This document shows positions 48,595 to 57,655 of a stretch of DNA of 64,000 nucleotides, piece by piece. Each line of letters begins with the position of its first letter. Positions within the stretch are counted from its first letter, which is position 1. The notes under the pieces were generated by a model. The model ran no database searches, was not told where the DNA came from, and saw only the letters and a program-made list of their open reading frames with translations. The DNA is from Verrucomicrobiales bacterium. GTDB lineage: Bacteria > Verrucomicrobiota > Verrucomicrobiia > Limisphaerales > UBA9464. Where the stretch lies: NCBI GenBank assembly GCA_027490985.1, contig JAIXXC010000153.1, positions 20,592-84,591 of the forward strand. The letters are read 5' to 3'. A program made the translations under genes and the position numbers.

Positions 48595-49847
48595 TCCAAT
48601 CCCCCCGTCGCCGTGTGGGATGCGTACGTGTACAACAGCACGTTCGAATTCTGCCGCTCGAACAGATACTCGGCAAACACCGTGGCGTGACGCCCCAGCT
48701 TGCGGTACAGCCGGGCGTTGGTCTCCACATCCTGGGTGTGGCGGTATTTGAAGAGGTCTTCCGGGGCCGGGGAGATGAACTGCCGCTGGTAATCCCACTG
48801 GCTCCAGCGCGCTCCGCACTGGGTTCCCCACCGCGATCCCTCCCACCGCAGCGTTCCGGCCACTCCCCAGCGGTTGAAGTCATAGAACCCCACCGCCTGA
48901 TCGCGATTGACCATCTGGAAGAGACGCACCGTGGAACGGAGTCTGGGTTGGGCCGACCACTGATGCTTCCAGGCCAGATCGGCATTGAGTTGGGTGAATC
49001 GGGCGATGGTGTCCGGTTCCGGCACCCCCAACAGGTTGGCCGCCGGTCGGGAATCATAGGGCCGGCTCTCATACCGCACCGTGGCTTCGAACGCCGAATT
49101 CTCGGCGTAGTCCCAGGCGAGCACCGAACGCGGTCCGGTCTGCCAGAAGCCATCGAGCGGCGGGTTGAAGTTCTGCCGCTGCCACTGGTGGCCGATCTCC
49201 CAACGGAAGCCCCGACCCCGCGTCCAACGCACAGACGGGTGCGCGGTGAGTGAATGGACCTTGGTCCGCACCGAACCCAAACCATCGGCCAACGTCGAGG
49301 CATCGAACACCTGATTGGCGTAGAGGTATTGACCGACCAGTCCGGGACTCCATCCCGACGGGCTTTGGTATCGGTACTCGCCATAGGTCGAAAGCCAGGC
49401 ATCGCCATCGACGGGCTGACCGGTGAGGCCGGAGTCGACCGTCTTCAGGTAACGACGCTCTTCGCCGCCGACAAAGAGGGTCCAGCGGTGGGCGTCGAGG
49501 GGCATGCGGAGCAGGAACGCCTCGAATCCATACCCGGCGAAAGGAGTGTCTTGGGCATTGGTGCCGGAGAGCAGCGCATTGTCACGCCAACCGCCCGAAC
49601 TGCGCAGGGTCACCGTGGTCGTCCACACCGGAATTTCCAATTCGAGGTCCGGATCGCGCGGATGGAGCGGCCCGAGCACCGGTTGACCGGCCCGGAGCCC
49701 GACTCCGAAGAGCCACACCGTCAGTCCCCACCATTCCCAGGCCCGCAGGATCGACCACAACCCGGAGAGGCCGCTCCGGCTGGGAATGGATGTCAGGATC
49801 GGCATGCGGCGGTGAACCCGGTCGATGAACCCGAGGGTGTCGGACAC
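48582..49847 (-). CDS. Putative outer-membrane beta-barrel protein
   Basis: Alternating aromatic/polar beta-strand pattern, many W/Y residues, and a C-terminal GGLEWEF ending in Phe, as in OMP C-termini. The start is uncertain. Confidence 0.55.
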   Translation of the reverse strand: MSDTLGFIDRVHRRMPILTSIPSRSGLSGLWSILRAWEWWGLTVWLFGVGLRAGQPVLGPLHPRDPDLELEIPVWTTTVTLRSSGGWRDNALLSGTNAQDTPFAGYGFEAFLLRMPLDAHRWTLFVGGEERRYLKTVDSGLTGQPVDGDAWLSTYGEYRYQSPSGWSPGLVGQYLYANQVFDASTLADGLGSVRTKVHSLTAHPSVRWTRGRGFRWEIGHQWQRQNFNPPLDGFWQTGPRSVLAWDYAENSAFEATVRYESRPYDSRPAANLLGVPEPDTIARFTQLNADLAWKHQWSAQPRLRSTVRLFQMVNRDQAVGFYDFNRWGVAGTLRWEGSRWGTQCGARWSQWDYQRQFISPAPEDLFKYRHTQDVETNARLYRKLGRHATVFAEYLFERQNSNVLLYTYASHTATGGLEWEF

Positions 49848-49938
49848 AACAAGGGCAGGCGAGCCGCAACCCGCGATTCGCCTGCCCCGCCTTGAACTTC
49901 AAACCCGATGGAATCGACTCCGAGGAGTGCGATACCGA

Positions 49939-50430
49939 TCAGCCGCGAGGACGGCCGGGGCCCTTGCCGCCGCCGGTGCCACCGCCGTCGGTGGGCTTGT
50001 TCTCGCGGACAGCGACACCCAGATCCTTCAGCTGGTCGCGGATCTCCGTGCGCAACTGCTGGGAGTCGGTGAGGAACTTGTCGCGGTTGGCCTTGAGCTG
50101 CTCGCGGATGGTGTTGCGCTGCTCCTCGGTGGCCGTGCTCAGCGTCTTGGCCAGTTCGCGCTGGGCATCGATGAAGGTCTTGGACTGCTCCCGATACTTG
50201 CCGATCTGGTCCTGTAGGGCCTGCGGCAGGGTGGGCAGGACCTTGTCGGGCACCCCGATCCGGGGCACTTCAACACCGGGGCCACGGCCACGCTGGGGCT
50301 TCTCCGGACGGGCCGGCTTTTCGGTGGGAGGAGTGGTGGGGGGTGTCGGCGGGGCGCTTTGGGCGACCGAGCTCAGCGCGGTGATGGCGGCGAGCATCGA
50401 GGCCAGCAGGAGGGACTTCTTGGAGTTCAT
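49939..50430 (-). CDS. Secreted helical protein, possibly Spy/CpxP-like
   Basis: Trimmed to MNSKKSLLLASMLAAITALSSVAQS. It has a Pro-rich linker, then a charged helical region with one LTxxQ-like motif (LTDSQQL). Confidence 0.55.
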   Translation of the reverse strand: MNSKKSLLLASMLAAITALSSVAQSAPPTPPTTPPTEKPARPEKPQRGRGPGVEVPRIGVPDKVLPTLPQALQDQIGKYREQSKTFIDAQRELAKTLSTATEEQRNTIREQLKANRDKFLTDSQQLRTEIRDQLKDLGVAVRENKPTDGGGTGGGKGPGRPRG

Positions 50431-50737
50431 TTTCTTGGAGTTGATTTGGATGTGGTTTGTTTCGGACAGGCGAGGCTTCGACACTCCACTCGGAGACTTG
50501 AACCTCGCGGTTTCTGGAATCCTTCCTGCACAGACCGTGCCAAGGCCCTGGAGCGCCTTGGAGGCTCGCCCACCCCCGTTACATGGCGCTTCCATCCCAT
50601 TGTCGCCTCTGTAACACCCGTCGCACGGCCCCCATTGGGAACTATTCCCCACCCCGCAGGAACCCGGTTGGGGATCGACACCCACCCCGCCTCGCCGTCG
50701 GCGTTCGAACAGTTCGCGTTTTGGTCCTTCGGCTCCT

Positions 50738-51640
50738 ATGCTGGGCCCCATGGGAGATTCGCCCGCCGCTCCGATTCCGATCCGGAACACTTGGAAGGCC
50801 GTTGTCGATCACGCTCGACGCTATCAGGACTTCACGTACGTCTATCCGGTCATCTCGCGCCGGTCGCGGGGGCTGTCCATCGGGGTGAATCTCAACCCGG
50901 ACAAGCAGTGCAACTTCGACTGCGTGTATTGCGAGGTGGATCGCACCACTCCGGGCAAGGCCCGTGAGGTCCGCCTGGATCAGGTGCGGGACGAACTGCG
51001 TTGGCTCATCGACCATGCCTTGAACGGCGGGCTCGGCCGCGAGGCCAAATTCAGCGACGCCCCGCCCGAGGTGAGCCGGATCGTCCGCGACGTGGCCTTC
51101 AGCGGCGACGGCGAACCCACCATGGTCTCCAACTTCGACGTGTGCGTGGAGGTGGTGGCCGACGTGCTGCGCGAGAAGGGGCTTTCGGAGACCAAGATCG
51201 TGCTCATCACCGATTCGGCCGGCCTCGACAAGGCCTCGGTCCGCCGAGGGCTGTCGCTGATGGAGGCCCATCACGGAGAGGTCTGGGCCAAGCTCGACGC
51301 CGGCACCGAGGAATACTACCGGCACATCAACCGCAGTTCGGTGCGCTTCGACCGGATCCTGGGCAACCTGCTGGAAACGGCACGCGTTCGACCCATTGTG
51401 ATCCAAAGCCTCTTCCTCAAGACCCACGGCCAGCCGATGTCTTCGATCGAACTGGATGCCTACTGCCGGCGCCTCAACCAGATCCGGGACGGCGGGGGCC
51501 ACGTGCGGGAGGTGCATGCGTACACGCTGGCGCGGCCCACGCCAGAAGCCTGGGCCACACGCCTGAGCGTCGAAGAACTGTCGGCAGTGGCGGAAACCAT
51601 CCGGACCCAGACCGGACTCCGGGTGGAAGAGTTCCCCTAG
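50738..51640 (+). CDS. Radical SAM protein
   Basis: CNFDCVYCE (CxxxCxxC) near the N-terminus and FSGDGEP (a SAM-binding GGE-like block). 300 aa. Confidence 0.8.
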   Translation: MLGPMGDSPAAPIPIRNTWKAVVDHARRYQDFTYVYPVISRRSRGLSIGVNLNPDKQCNFDCVYCEVDRTTPGKAREVRLDQVRDELRWLIDHALNGGLGREAKFSDAPPEVSRIVRDVAFSGDGEPTMVSNFDVCVEVVADVLREKGLSETKIVLITDSAGLDKASVRRGLSLMEAHHGEVWAKLDAGTEEYYRHINRSSVRFDRILGNLLETARVRPIVIQSLFLKTHGQPMSSIELDAYCRRLNQIRDGGGHVREVHAYTLARPTPEAWATRLSVEELSAVAETIRTQTGLRVEEFP

Positions 51641-51714
51641 GGGGCAAAGAAAAACTCCCGCGGGAATCCCCATCATTCAGGGGTCCAGCGGGAGTGGATG
51701 GGCGACCTTCTGGT

Positions 51715-53085
51715 TCAGCTCACGTACTCACGCGGATCGGCCACTCGACCGGCCAGCGCACTGGCGGCCACGGTGGCCGGTGAGGCCAGGAACACCTGGC
51801 TCTCCTTGTGACCCATGCGGCCGGGGAAGTTCCGGTTGGTGGCGCTGATGCACTTGAGCGGCGCATTCATGCGGCCGAAGGTGTCCACCGGTCCACCCAG
51901 ACAGGCCGAACAACCAGCATTCTCGGTCATTTGCACGCCGGCCGACACGAGGATGTCCCAGATGGTCTGGTTGCCCCAACGGGTGTTCTGCAAGTCATGG
52001 ACGATCTCCGGAGTGGCGGGCACGCCGAAGGTGTCGATGACCACCTTCTTGCCCCGCAGCACGCGGGCGAATTCCACGAAGTCGCTGGTCTTGCCACCGG
52101 TGCAGGAGCCGACATAGGCCCGGTCGAGTTGGATGTTCGACAACTCCTTGGCCGACTTGCGTTGGCCGGGGTCGGGGTGGCAGGCCACCGTGGGCTCGAG
52201 CCGGGAGAGGTCGATGACGATCTCGCGGGTGAACTTCTGGTCGCGATCGACTTCGACCGGCTCGTAGGTGGCCCGGGTGCCATTCAGACGAGTGCGGGCA
52301 TCGACGTACTCGGCCGTGCGCGCGTCGAAGGGGAAGATGCCGTTCTTGCCGCCGGCCTCGATGGCCATGTTGGCGATGGTCATGCGGTCATCCATCGACA
52401 GGGTCGCGATACCGGACCCGTGGAATTGCATGGCCTGATAAGTGGCTCCGTCGAAGCCGATCTCACCGATGGCGTGCAGGATGATGTCCTTGGCCATGAC
52501 GCCCGGCTGCATCTTGCCTTCGAGGCGGAAACCGATGGTCGACGGCACCTTGATGAGCAGCTTGCCCGTCCCCATGACGAAGCCCGCGTCGGTGTTGCCG
52601 ATGCCGGTGGCGAACTGGTTGAAGGCGCCGGCCATGCACGTGTGCGAGTCGGTGCCGAAGAGCACCTCGCCAGGGCGGGTGTGACCCTTCTGGGGCAGGG
52701 CGGCGTGGCAGACGCCGGCGTACTGGGAACCGTACTGGCGCTTCAGCAAGCCCTTGGTGGCGTCGAACTTCCAGGCGCCGTTGGGATCGTCGATGACGTC
52801 GTAGAAATAGGGGATGTCCTGCTCCCGCACGAAGTCGCGCAAGATGTCGACGTTGCGGTTCGACTTGGAGTCGGACGTGAAGATGTAGTGGTCGGGGATG
52901 ATGACGATCCGATTGCGATCCCACACCTTGGCCGTCTGACCGAACTCGCGCTTGAAGACACCGATGGTCCCCGGACCACACACGTCGTGGGTCATGAGGA
53001 CATCCGCATTCACCCAGATATTGTCACCGGCGGACACCTGGGATTTGCCCGCGGCTCGGGCCAACAGCTTTTCGGTCAACGTCAT
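51715..53085 (-). CDS. leuC: Aconitase-family dehydratase large subunit (3-isopropylmalate/homoaconitate dehydratase type)
   Basis: Trimmed to MTLTEKLLARAAGK. Motifs: MTHDVCGP, GTDSHTCMAGAF, VGSCTGG, and NRNFPGRMG with the Fe-S cysteines. Confidence 0.8.
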   Translation of the reverse strand: MTLTEKLLARAAGKSQVSAGDNIWVNADVLMTHDVCGPGTIGVFKREFGQTAKVWDRNRIVIIPDHYIFTSDSKSNRNVDILRDFVREQDIPYFYDVIDDPNGAWKFDATKGLLKRQYGSQYAGVCHAALPQKGHTRPGEVLFGTDSHTCMAGAFNQFATGIGNTDAGFVMGTGKLLIKVPSTIGFRLEGKMQPGVMAKDIILHAIGEIGFDGATYQAMQFHGSGIATLSMDDRMTIANMAIEAGGKNGIFPFDARTAEYVDARTRLNGTRATYEPVEVDRDQKFTREIVIDLSRLEPTVACHPDPGQRKSAKELSNIQLDRAYVGSCTGGKTSDFVEFARVLRGKKVVIDTFGVPATPEIVHDLQNTRWGNQTIWDILVSAGVQMTENAGCSACLGGPVDTFGRMNAPLKCISATNRNFPGRMGHKESQVFLASPATVAASALAGRVADPREYVS

Positions 53086-53422
53086 AGAATCGTTGTCGAC
53101 GATAGCCAACGGACTGAGCCGACCGCAACCGCGAGTTCTTGGGGCGATTTCGCGTGTCGGCAACAGCTCCAGCAAGGCCCATGCGGGGGAGGGCGTGAAT
53201 CCTTGAGCGGAACATCGCAGGGGAGGCTCCGCGGGACCAGGCCTCCGGTCGCTGAGGAGGCTCTGGGAGTGGAGCGTTCGCGCTGCGCGCTGGGAGAGGC
53301 TGGCTGTTCGCCTCCAAGGCTCCCTCCAGCCCGGTCCCGCTGCCGCTCAGGGTCGGCCGGATCGGTCTGGTCAACGGATGGGATGCCCAGGAATACAAGA
53401 ATCGGGCAAGACCGAGGCGGTT

Positions 53423-54115
53423 TCAGGACTCGAGCAACCTCAGGATCTGGTCGAGTTTGCGGTTCAACGCGACAGAAGGCGAACCGGCTCCGGACTGGAT
53501 CTCTTCAGAAACTCTGGGGACTTCGACGATACGGTCGGCCGGGTGGTAGTCGGAGAGACTTCGGGCATTGCGGACCGTGGACGCATCGGCCGTGGCTGGA
53601 GCCATCAATACGACCGGCGCCCGATTCCGCAGCGACGGCGGCAAGCTTCCGAGCGTGGCGCGGACATCGTGGATCACTCCGAGCCGGTTGGAGGCCACAA
53701 TCAACGGGAAGGCCCTCAGACGGAGAATCAAATCCCGGTTGTCGCCGTCGGCGGTGAGGGGGCTCAAGAGCCCCCCGGCTCCTTCGACCAGAGTGAGCCC
53801 GCTCCGCGTGGAATGCCGGCGGACGTGTTCGGCCACCTGCATCAAGCTCACGGTCCGCCTCTCCAGTCGGGCTGCCAAGGCCGGGCTCAAGGGAGCCTCG
53901 AAATGCCAGGGATTGATTTCATCCAATGTCTGGGCCCCGCCCGAGGCCGCCGCCAAGGCCTTCGCGTCATCGCGACCGCCGCTGCACAGCGGCTTGAAGG
54001 CCCGGACTGGCCGCCCGGTTTGGACACAACGCCGCACCAGAAGGGCCGACAACACGGTCTTGCCGACGCCGGTCCCCGTGCCGGTCACCACCAGAATCTG
54101 CCGTCGCGCTGCCAT
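53423..54115 (-). CDS. bioD: Dethiobiotin synthetase
   Basis: This is the distal 231 codons of track ORF 53423..55309. P-loop [12 protein letters not shown], then KPLCSG and [11 protein letters not shown]. Confidence 0.85.
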   Translation of the reverse strand: MAARRQILVVTGTGTGVGKTVLSALLVRRCVQTGRPVRAFKPLCSGGRDDAKALAAASGGAQTLDEINPWHFEAPLSPALAARLERRTVSLMQVAEHVRRHSTRSGLTLVEGAGGLLSPLTADGDNRDLILRLRAFPLIVASNRLGVIHDVRATLGSLPPSLRNRAPVVLMAPATADASTVRNARSLSDYHPADRIVEVPRVSEEIQSGAGSPSVALNRKLDQILRLLES

Positions 54116-54232
54116 GGGCTGCCACTGTGTCGGGCCCGCGCTCGAGCGACCAGCCCATTCGCCCCTTGTGCGGCCTTCCGCCGATTTGTCACGGTCAACC
54201 CCGTCCGGGGAGCGACTCCGGCACCGAACACC

Positions 54233-55066
54233 ATGAACTCCAGCGCACCCGGCACCCAGGCCACACCGTTGCTGTCGAACCCGCGGCCGACGCCCTTGGC
54301 CCGTCGGATCATCCCCTGCCTGGATGTCCACGATGGTCAGGTGACCCGCGGAGTCCAATTCGGCCGGGCCGAGGAGGGCGGACTGCGCAATGTCGGCGAC
54401 CCCGTGGCGATGGCCCTCCGCTACGATGCTCAGGGCGCCGACGAGATGGTGTTCTTCGACATCACGGCCAGCGCCCACGGACGTGCCTCGATGATCGGAG
54501 TCATCGAACGGGCGGCCGACCAGTGCTTCATGCCGCTGACCGTCGGAGGCGGCATCCGGACGGTCGACGACATGGGACTCATGCTCCGGGCCGGCGCCGA
54601 CAAGATCAGCATCAACTCCAGCGCCATCTCGAATCCGGACCTGATCCGACAGGGAGCCGAGAAGTACGGCAGCCAATGCATCGTGGTTTCCATCGATGCC
54701 AAGAAGATCGGGCCCGACCGCTGGGGCGTCTTCGCCGCCGGGGGGCGCAAGGAGACGGGCCTCGATGCCCTCGAGTGGGCCCGGCGGGCCTGCGAACTGG
54801 GGGCCGGTGAGATCGTGCTCAATTCGATCGACGCCGACGGGACCAAGCAGGGGTTCGACCTCGTGATCACCCGTCGCATCAGCGAATCGGTGGGCGTCCC
54901 GGTGGTCGCCAGTGGCGGGGCCGGCAACTTGCAGCACCTGGCCGACGTGCTGAAGGAAGGCCGGGCCGACGCCGTCCTGGCCGCCAGCATCTTCCACTTC
55001 GGCACCCATACCGTCCGCGAAGCGAAGGAATTCCTCGCCACCCAAGGCATCACGGTCCGGCTTTGA
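54233..55066 (+). CDS. hisF: Imidazole glycerol phosphate synthase cyclase subunit
   Basis: [46 protein letters not shown] and ASIFHF. Confidence 0.92.
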   Translation: MNSSAPGTQATPLLSNPRPTPLARRIIPCLDVHDGQVTRGVQFGRAEEGGLRNVGDPVAMALRYDAQGADEMVFFDITASAHGRASMIGVIERAADQCFMPLTVGGGIRTVDDMGLMLRAGADKISINSSAISNPDLIRQGAEKYGSQCIVVSIDAKKIGPDRWGVFAAGGRKETGLDALEWARRACELGAGEIVLNSIDADGTKQGFDLVITRRISESVGVPVVASGGAGNLQHLADVLKEGRADAVLAASIFHFGTHTVREAKEFLATQGITVRL

Positions 55067-55298
55067 TGGATCCCCATCGCCCCGGTCGGGTCCAGGCTGG
55101 GGGAGGGTCGGTAAAAATAGTCGGCGAAAGGAATTGCCCTGAACCTGAGAATAAGGAGGATGGGTGCTGTCTGTCAGAGATCTAGTGCTTCCAAGGCGTG
55201 GTGAATCCTCAGGTGAACTTGGTTCGGTGATGATTTGAAACCCGGCAGTCGGGAACAACCTCGAGAACGCAAGCGGTACTCCGAACAGCAAGTCATCA

Positions 55299-55655
55299 AT
55301 GAGCAACAAACTGTTTGTCGGAAACCTTTCCTACAATACCACCGAGAACGAACTCCAGGACGCCTTCGCCGCTTACGGCACCGTTCTGGAAGCCAACCTG
55401 ATGGTCGACCGCGTGAGCGGCCGTCCCCGCGGTTTCGGCTTCATCACCTTCAGCACCCCCGACGAGGCCCAGAAGGCTGTCGAGGCCATGAACGGCGCCC
55501 AGGTCGGCGGCCGTCCCCTGACGGTCAACATCGCCCGTCCCCGTGAAGACCGTCCGTCCGGTGGTGGCGGCGGCTACGGTGGTGGTGGCGGCGGCCGCGG
55601 TGGCCGTGGCGGTGGCGGCGGCGGCTACGGTGGTGGCGGCCGCGATCGGTACTGA
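55299..55655 (+). CDS. RRM-type RNA-binding protein with Gly/Arg-rich tail
   Basis: RNP2 KLFVGNL, RNP1 RGFGFITF, and a C-terminal GGGGYGGGGGGRGGRGGGGGG tail. Confidence 0.9.
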   Translation: MSNKLFVGNLSYNTTENELQDAFAAYGTVLEANLMVDRVSGRPRGFGFITFSTPDEAQKAVEAMNGAQVGGRPLTVNIARPREDRPSGGGGGYGGGGGGRGGRGGGGGGYGGGGRDRY

Positions 55656-55698
55656 TCCGGATCGGTATTGAACCGTTCCCACGTCATTCTTCTTTCAC

Positions 55699-55736
55699 GG
55701 GCGAAGGCTGGAGTCTTCCGGTCTTCGCCCTTTTTC
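55699..55736 (+). terminator. Rho-independent terminator after the RRM-protein gene
   Basis: GGGCGAAGGCTGGA-GTCT-TCCGGTCTTCGCCC (14-bp stem including 2 G-U pairs) followed by TTTTTCT. Confidence 0.75.
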
Positions 55737-55821
55737 TCGTTCCTGTTCCCGTTTTTCGGATGAGCTGCCCGCAGCTCGTCCAATCCAGTCCCTGTTCCCG
55801 TCCCGATAGAGTCCTGTCCTC

Positions 55822-56037
55822 ATGAAAGAAAACGCCATCGAAGTTGAAGGCCGCATTTCCAGCGTCCTGGCTGGCACCATGTTCCGCGTCGAACTGAACA
55901 ATCAGCACCTGGTCTTGGCCACCGTCTGCGGCAAGATGCGCAAGCGCTGGGTCCGGCTCACCGTGGGTGACCGGGTCAAGATGGAGATGTCTCCGTACGA
56001 CCTGAACAAAGCGCGCATCACCTGGCGGATCGGCTGA
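55822..56037 (+). CDS. infA: Translation initiation factor IF-1
   Basis: 71 aa: KENAIEVEGRISSVLAGTMFRVELNNQHLVLATVCGKMRK...VGDRVKMEMSPYDLNKARITWR. Confidence 0.92.
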   Translation: MKENAIEVEGRISSVLAGTMFRVELNNQHLVLATVCGKMRKRWVRLTVGDRVKMEMSPYDLNKARITWRIG

Positions 56038-56103
56038 GCCACCGCCCATTCCGCGTTCCTCCGTATCTATCTGCTCGATTTTTCCCCTTCCCTCACGGAT
56101 TCC

Positions 56104-57411
56104 TTGCCAACAATGGATTTCAGACAACTGGGCCTAGACCCGCGTGTGCTCCGCGCCGTGGACGATGCCGGCTACACCGAACCAACACCGATCCAGGCCG
56201 CGGCGATCCCCGTCATCCTCTCCGGCAAGGATCTCATCGGCATCGCGCAGACCGGAACCGGCAAGACCGCCGCCTTCACCCTGCCGCTGCTCACACGTCT
56301 GACGACCGGTCACTCCAGCCCCGGCCACATCCGGGCGCTGATCCTGGCCCCGACCCGTGAACTGGTGGTCCAGATCCACGAGAATGTCCGGGCGTATGCC
56401 CAGTATCTGTCCCTCAGTGTGGCCACGGTCTTCGGGGGCGTGGGCGAGAAGCCCCAGATCGAGGCGCTCCGACGGGGAGCCGACATCATCATCGCCACGC
56501 CGGGCCGATTGCTGGACCTCATGGGCCGGCGCTACGGCAACTTCTCCGGCATCCAGCACCTGGTGCTCGACGAAGCCGACCGCATGCTCGACATGGGCTT
56601 CCTGCCGGCCATCCGGGATGTGGTGCGACAACTGCCCAAGCGACGGCAGACGCTCCTCTTCTCGGCGACCCTGTCGCGCGAGATCGAGGCCGTGACCCGC
56701 GAATTCCTGCAGTCGCCGCAATCGGTCGAGATCGGAAAGCGTTCCAATCCGGCCGAGACGGTCTCCCAGTCGGTCTACGAGGTGCCCCGCCACCTCAAAC
56801 CCGCCTTGCTGCAGCAGCTGCTGCGTGATCCCGCCCTCGAAATGGTGCTGGTGTTCACCCGCATGAAGCACGGAGCCGATCGGATCGCCCGGCGGCTCGA
56901 GCAGAGTGGCATCCGCACCGCGACGCTGCACTCCAACCGGTCTCAGAACCAACGTCTGCGGGCCCTGTCCGAGTTCAAGGGCGGAGCGGTGCGCGTTCTC
57001 GTGGCGACCGACATCGCGGCCCGGGGCATCGATGTGGACGGCATCTCGCACGTGGTGAACTTCGATTTTCCGCCGGCTCCCGAAGACTACGTCCATCGGA
57101 TCGGCCGCACCGGGCGGGCCAATGCCGTGGGTGACGCGATCAGTCTGGTCAGTCCCGACGAATCCAACGACCTGCGCGCACTGGAGCGATTCATCCACCG
57201 GACACTGCCCCGCAAGCGCTTGGATGGGTTCGACTATTCGGCCCCGGCTCCGGCGGCATCCCCGGAGACACGGCGCGGACCCGGCCCTTCGGGTGGACGA
57301 GGCGGCTCCCCGGGCCGCGGACCCCGGCCCCCCGGCGGTGGCGGTGGCAGCGGCGGTTCGGGCGCAGGCCCCTCCCGCGGCGGCAACTTCAGGCCGCGGC
57401 GATTCCGTTGA
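56104..57411 (+). CDS. rhlE: DEAD-box ATP-dependent RNA helicase (RhlE-like) with Gly/Arg-rich tail
   Basis: Q motif TEPTPIQ, AQTGTGKT, PTRELV, DEAD, SAT, HRIGRTGRA, and a C-terminal GGGGSGGSG/RG tail. Confidence 0.9.
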   Translation: MPTMDFRQLGLDPRVLRAVDDAGYTEPTPIQAAAIPVILSGKDLIGIAQTGTGKTAAFTLPLLTRLTTGHSSPGHIRALILAPTRELVVQIHENVRAYAQYLSLSVATVFGGVGEKPQIEALRRGADIIIATPGRLLDLMGRRYGNFSGIQHLVLDEADRMLDMGFLPAIRDVVRQLPKRRQTLLFSATLSREIEAVTREFLQSPQSVEIGKRSNPAETVSQSVYEVPRHLKPALLQQLLRDPALEMVLVFTRMKHGADRIARRLEQSGIRTATLHSNRSQNQRLRALSEFKGGAVRVLVATDIAARGIDVDGISHVVNFDFPPAPEDYVHRIGRTGRANAVGDAISLVSPDESNDLRALERFIHRTLPRKRLDGFDYSAPAPAASPETRRGPGPSGGRGGSPGRGPRPPGGGGGSGGSGAGPSRGGNFRPRRFR

Positions 57412-57597
57412 CCGGGTTTGGGACGCCGTCCTGAGCCCGGTGCAATAGCACCAACCCTTCCTACCTGCGGACGGTGTCGACTGGATGGCCGACGCCATGC
57501 CCCACCCTACCCGGCTCTCCCCACTCGGCGACCCCGCGGTGGATGGGGCCTACTCACACCGGGTTTGTCGATCTGCGCCCTCCCCGGGCGCACCATG

Positions 57598-57629
57598 AAA
57601 AAAGGAGGCCGGGCTTTCGCCCGGCCTCC
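57598..57629 (-). terminator. Rho-independent terminator after the LamG/PA14 protein gene
   Basis: On the minus strand: GGAGGCCGGGC-GAAA-GCCCGGCCTCC followed by TTTTTT, 27 nt after the stop at 57656. Confidence 0.85.
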
Positions 57630-57655
57630 GTGTCATAAACGAGTCTCTGACTGGC

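Noticed and set aside
50515-50530. Sigma-54-like element TGGAAT-N6-CTGCA with the correct GG-N10-GC spacing, upstream of the radical SAM gene.
   Set aside because: Only the GG and GC dinucleotides match and the flanking consensus bases do not. It lies more than 200 nt from the start codon, and no enhancer-binding protein is nearby. This is too weak to call.
53423-55309. 628-aa minus-strand ORF that would be a large BioD fusion protein.
   Set aside because: Only the last 231 codons (from the ATG at 54115) look like dethiobiotin synthetase. The upstream part is the antisense shadow of hisF and of the RRM-gene leader.
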